A stretch of DNA of 64,000 nucleotides, from positions 211,129-275,128 of the forward strand of contig OZ244736.1 of the NCBI GenBank assembly GCA_965219405.1. Reading direction: 5' to 3'. The notes below the pieces were generated by a model that saw nothing but the letters and a program-made list of their open reading frames with translations, was not told where the DNA came from and did no database searches. Shown piece by piece: positions 61,358-64,000 of this stretch. Both the position numbers and the translations under genes were made by a program. Source of the DNA: Dehalococcoidia bacterium. Its GTDB lineage: Bacteria > Chloroflexota > Dehalococcoidia > UBA6926. How positions within the stretch are numbered: the first letter of the stretch is position 1; the number at the start of each line of letters is the position of its first letter.

Positions 61358-62242
61358 ATGAAGGCCGTCGACGTTCATGTTCATCCGCCGATGAGCCCGG
61401 CCGTCCGCGAAGCTACGGAAAGGCAGCGGTCGGAAGACCAGACGCGGCAGATGCGCCAGTACTTCCGCCGTACTGAGCCTGATCTCACCACACCCGAGGA
61501 ATACGTCGAGCTGTATGAGAAGCACGACATCGTGGGCGTGCTGCTGCCCTCTGACAATCGACAGCCCGGCGACACGGAATCGCCTGACCCCAATGACTGG
61601 GTGGACGAGATTGTGCGGCGCGCTCCGAATCGTTGGATACCGTTCTGCTCGGTGAATCCCAACCGAGGAGAGCAGGCGATCAAGGACCTGGAGCGGGCGG
61701 CGGCTGAGTTTGACGCCAAGGGCATCAAGCTGCTGCCGACGGGAATGAATTTCTTTGCCAATGAGAAGCAGTTCTACCCTTTGTGGGAAAAGGCGCAGGA
61801 GCTTGGTCTCGTCATCCTGACGCACAGCGGGCACAACGGTGTTGGCTCCGGGCTGCCGGGGGGTGGCGGGCGCAAGCAGTGGTATTCCAACCCCATCTGG
61901 TGGGACGACGTGGCGGCGGACCTCCCGGAGTTGAAAATCATCCTTGCGCATCCGGCGTGGCCGTGGTTTGAGGAGCAAGTGTCCATGCTGGTACACAAGG
62001 CCAACGTGTTCATGGACATCTCGGGCTGGTCGCCCTGGTACTTCCCGCAGGAGTTGATCCGAGAGATGCAGACGCGCCTGCAGAACAAAGTCCTGTTTGG
62101 CTCGGATTTCCAGGCGCTGCACATTGAGCGGTGGCTGCGTGATTTCCAGGATCTGGACATTTCTGACGATGTCCGGCAGAAGATCTTCCTTGATAACGCC
62201 AAGCGGGTGTTGTCCAATGTGGACTGGAGCAGGTACGAATAG
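61358..62242 (+). CDS. TIM-barrel metal-dependent hydrolase (amidohydrolase-2-like)
   Basis: 294 aa. 'MKAVDVHVHPP' H-x-H start, 'ILTHSG' and 'IILAHPAWPW...FGSDF' are typical of this family. SD GGGAGGAGG is upstream. Confidence 0.8.
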   Translation: MKAVDVHVHPPMSPAVREATERQRSEDQTRQMRQYFRRTEPDLTTPEEYVELYEKHDIVGVLLPSDNRQPGDTESPDPNDWVDEIVRRAPNRWIPFCSVNPNRGEQAIKDLERAAAEFDAKGIKLLPTGMNFFANEKQFYPLWEKAQELGLVILTHSGHNGVGSGLPGGGGRKQWYSNPIWWDDVAADLPELKIILAHPAWPWFEEQVSMLVHKANVFMDISGWSPWYFPQELIREMQTRLQNKVLFGSDFQALHIERWLRDFQDLDISDDVRQKIFLDNAKRVLSNVDWSRYE

Positions 62243-62308
62243 CAGGCCGGAGCCGGCGGCGCATGATCTCCGCCCCGCAAATCTCAAGGAGACCATTCGG
62301 AGGTTGAT

Positions 62309-63178
62309 GTGACAAGCGCATCTCAGGGCACAGTGCAAATCGTGACCGACAGCACGTCCGACATCAAGCAGGAGGACGCTGAGCGAGCCGGAATCACAAT
62401 CGTTCCCGCGTATGTCTTCTTTGGGGAGGAGCAGTTCCGCGACGGTGTCACGATTGGCAGCAGTGAGTTCTATCGCCGACTGCAGCAGCGCGGGGTAACG
62501 CCCAAGACCGCTCAGCCATCGCCGCAGGACTTCGCGGATGCATTCTCTGCATTGGCGCCCAACGGCCCTGTGTTGGCGTTAACCGTCTCGTCCAAAATGA
62601 GCGGAACGTATAACTCGGCGTTGATTGGCAGGGATATGGCACTAAAGGACCACCCCGATTCGACGATTGAGGTTGTGGACTCCCTGCTTGTCGCAATGGG
62701 CCTCGGGGTTCTCGCGCAGGGCGCGGCGCAAAGGGCGCGGGATGGGATGGGCATCGAGGAACTCGCCGCCTGGGCGCGGGATACAGCCAGTCGTACCCGC
62801 ATCTATTTCGCAGTCGATACACTAGAGTACCTGGCGCGCGGCGGCCGAATCGGCAAGGCGCAGCGGTTCCTCGGGGGACTGCTGAGTGTCAAGCCGGTCC
62901 TGGAGTTCCGGGACGGCGAGGTTCATCCGTTGGAGCGTGTACGCTCTCGCGCCAAGGCGCACGCCCTCCTTGAATCACTCGCGCAAAAGAGTGGCAACCC
63001 CGAGCAGCTCGCCTACGCAACCACGACAGATCACGATCGGGCGCGTGAGATGGCTGACCGCGCCATGGAGCGCCTCAATCTTGATGACGTGCCCGTTTAC
63101 ACCATCGGCGCGGCGGTAGGGACCTACGCGGGGCCGGGGTGCGTCGGTGTTGCAATAGTTTCATCGCCCGGACAGTGA
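62309..63178 (+). CDS. DegV-family fatty-acid-binding protein (FakB-like)
   Basis: 289 aa from GTG 62309 (SD GGAGG). 'VQIVTDSTSDI' and 'SSKMSGTYNSA' are DegV signatures. Confidence 0.9.
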   Translation: MTSASQGTVQIVTDSTSDIKQEDAERAGITIVPAYVFFGEEQFRDGVTIGSSEFYRRLQQRGVTPKTAQPSPQDFADAFSALAPNGPVLALTVSSKMSGTYNSALIGRDMALKDHPDSTIEVVDSLLVAMGLGVLAQGAAQRARDGMGIEELAAWARDTASRTRIYFAVDTLEYLARGGRIGKAQRFLGGLLSVKPVLEFRDGEVHPLERVRSRAKAHALLESLAQKSGNPEQLAYATTTDHDRAREMADRAMERLNLDDVPVYTIGAAVGTYAGPGCVGVAIVSSPGQ

Positions 63179-63191
63179 CGGGGATTCGACC

Positions 63192-64000
63192 ATGACACAG
63201 GGCCGCTTGCCTGCCGGCCCCAGCCGCGCATCCCAAAACGAATCGTCGTCTGCCCCTGCGGCACATGACGACCGTGTCGCGCGCAAAGTGGAAACAATCC
63301 GCCACGTTCTACGCCTCGAACGCGACCAGAACCATGCAAACCACGCCGTCATCGGTGGCCTGGACGCGTTCCTTGAGAGATGGATTGAAGACCCGGACAT
63401 CAAGCGCACTTTGGAAGACGCGGGCATCGGCTTGCCGGGTTATGACGGCCTGCCGCCGGACGGGCGCGCGGCGTGGGTGCGCGAGACTTTGGAACGACTG
63501 CGCGATTCCGAGCCAGCCACGAAATCAGAGCGGCTTGAGACGGAGAGACCGGACGAACCGTCAGAGAGTCGTGCCGTTCCACGTGGCCCTGCCGTGACGG
63601 ACAACGTCGAACGGCAACCGCCTCCGGCGCGCATGGACGTGCCGCCCGACCCGGGGTGGGATCGTGTTCAACAAGTCTCGACCACTCGTGTTAGTAGTCC
63701 GACGCGTTCTCCGGCAGAGAGAATCGCCCCTCCAAAAACCGCACGGCGCAAAGCCGCGAAGCCCGCGCCAAAGGTGACGCCGGTCAAGTCGCTCGACGAG
63801 CCTTTGGACGCGCCATCTCGCATGAAAGCGGGCCTCAGAAAGTTAGGGGTCGAGACGTATCGCGATGCGTTGTGGGCGTTTCCGCGGCGGTACGTGCCGG
63901 TCTCACCCATCGCTCGGCTGACCTACGGCGAGCAAACAGCGATCTCCGTTCGCGTTGAAAGGGCTGGCGGAGGCGGTTACACGAGGGGCCGGCAGGTCAT
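63192..64000 (+). CDS. recG: ATP-dependent DNA helicase RecG, 5' partial, with long N-terminal extension
   Basis: This frame is not in the ORF track because it has no stop before the window end. My own translation from ATG 63192 gives 'MTQGRLPAG...' with a ~200-aa Pro/Arg/Lys-rich region. It then reads '...LRKLGVETYRDALWAFPRRYVPVSPIARL', the typical RecG N-terminal wedge-domain entry. Its position after degV fits common synteny. Confidence 0.6.
   Translation, partial: MTQGRLPAGPSRASQNESSSAPAAHDDRVARKVETIRHVLRLERDQNHANHAVIGGLDAFLERWIEDPDIKRTLEDAGIGLPGYDGLPPDGRAAWVRETLERLRDSEPATKSERLETERPDEPSESRAVPRGPAVTDNVERQPPPARMDVPPDPGWDRVQQVSTTRVSSPTRSPAERIAPPKTARRKAAKPAPKVTPVKSLDEPLDAPSRMKAGLRKLGVETYRDALWAFPRRYVPVSPIARLTYGEQTAISVRVERAGGGGYTRGRQV

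Overview
High-G+C, gene-dense bacterial chromosomal window with about 60 protein-coding genes. I saw no rRNA, tRNA, CRISPR array, integrase or recognisable transposase. ORF-track coordinates include the stop codon, and I trimmed several starts to the ATG/GTG that has a Shine-Dalgarno sequence or signal peptide.

The dominant theme is nine acyl-CoA dehydrogenase (ACAD) paralogues, eight between 0.5 and 20.5 kb and one at 37.4 kb. They are interleaved with two stand-alone ABC substrate-binding lipoproteins (one frameshifted), a ThDP enzyme and toxin-antitoxin genes. No hydratase, thiolase or ETF gene is in view.

Housekeeping blocks:
- pheS, two small ORFs, pheT, moeA and a hydrolase
- tkt, an amidohydrolase and a DNA methyltransferase
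- rpe, argH and argG
- rpmB, a FakA-like DAK2 protein, DegV and partial recG
- dinB, an M1 aminopeptidase and a DEAD-box helicase

Accessory content:
- Four HicB-type modules, one coupled to an HNH nuclease.
- An orphan beta-class DNA methyltransferase.
- An in-frame tandem gamma-carbonic-anhydrase-like gene.
- Low-G+C islets: a Kelch lipoprotein at 8.1-10.3 kb, and a methyltransferase-fold protein plus SplB-like radical SAM cassette at 48.2-50.1 kb.

The most striking feature is a 1,552-bp insertion at 32277-33828. It has 26-bp terminal inverted repeats (25/26 match) and a perfect 8-bp target-site duplication, GAACGAAG. It carries no recognisable transposase. Its cargo is an overlapping small-protein/retropepsin-like aspartic protease pair and a membrane protein.

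Taxonomy cannot be established from this window. The ACAD expansion and the Pro/Thr-rich lipoprotein linkers are compatible with a Chloroflexota- or Actinomycetota-like organism, but that is inference only. All functional calls rest on motif recognition by eye, not on database searches.
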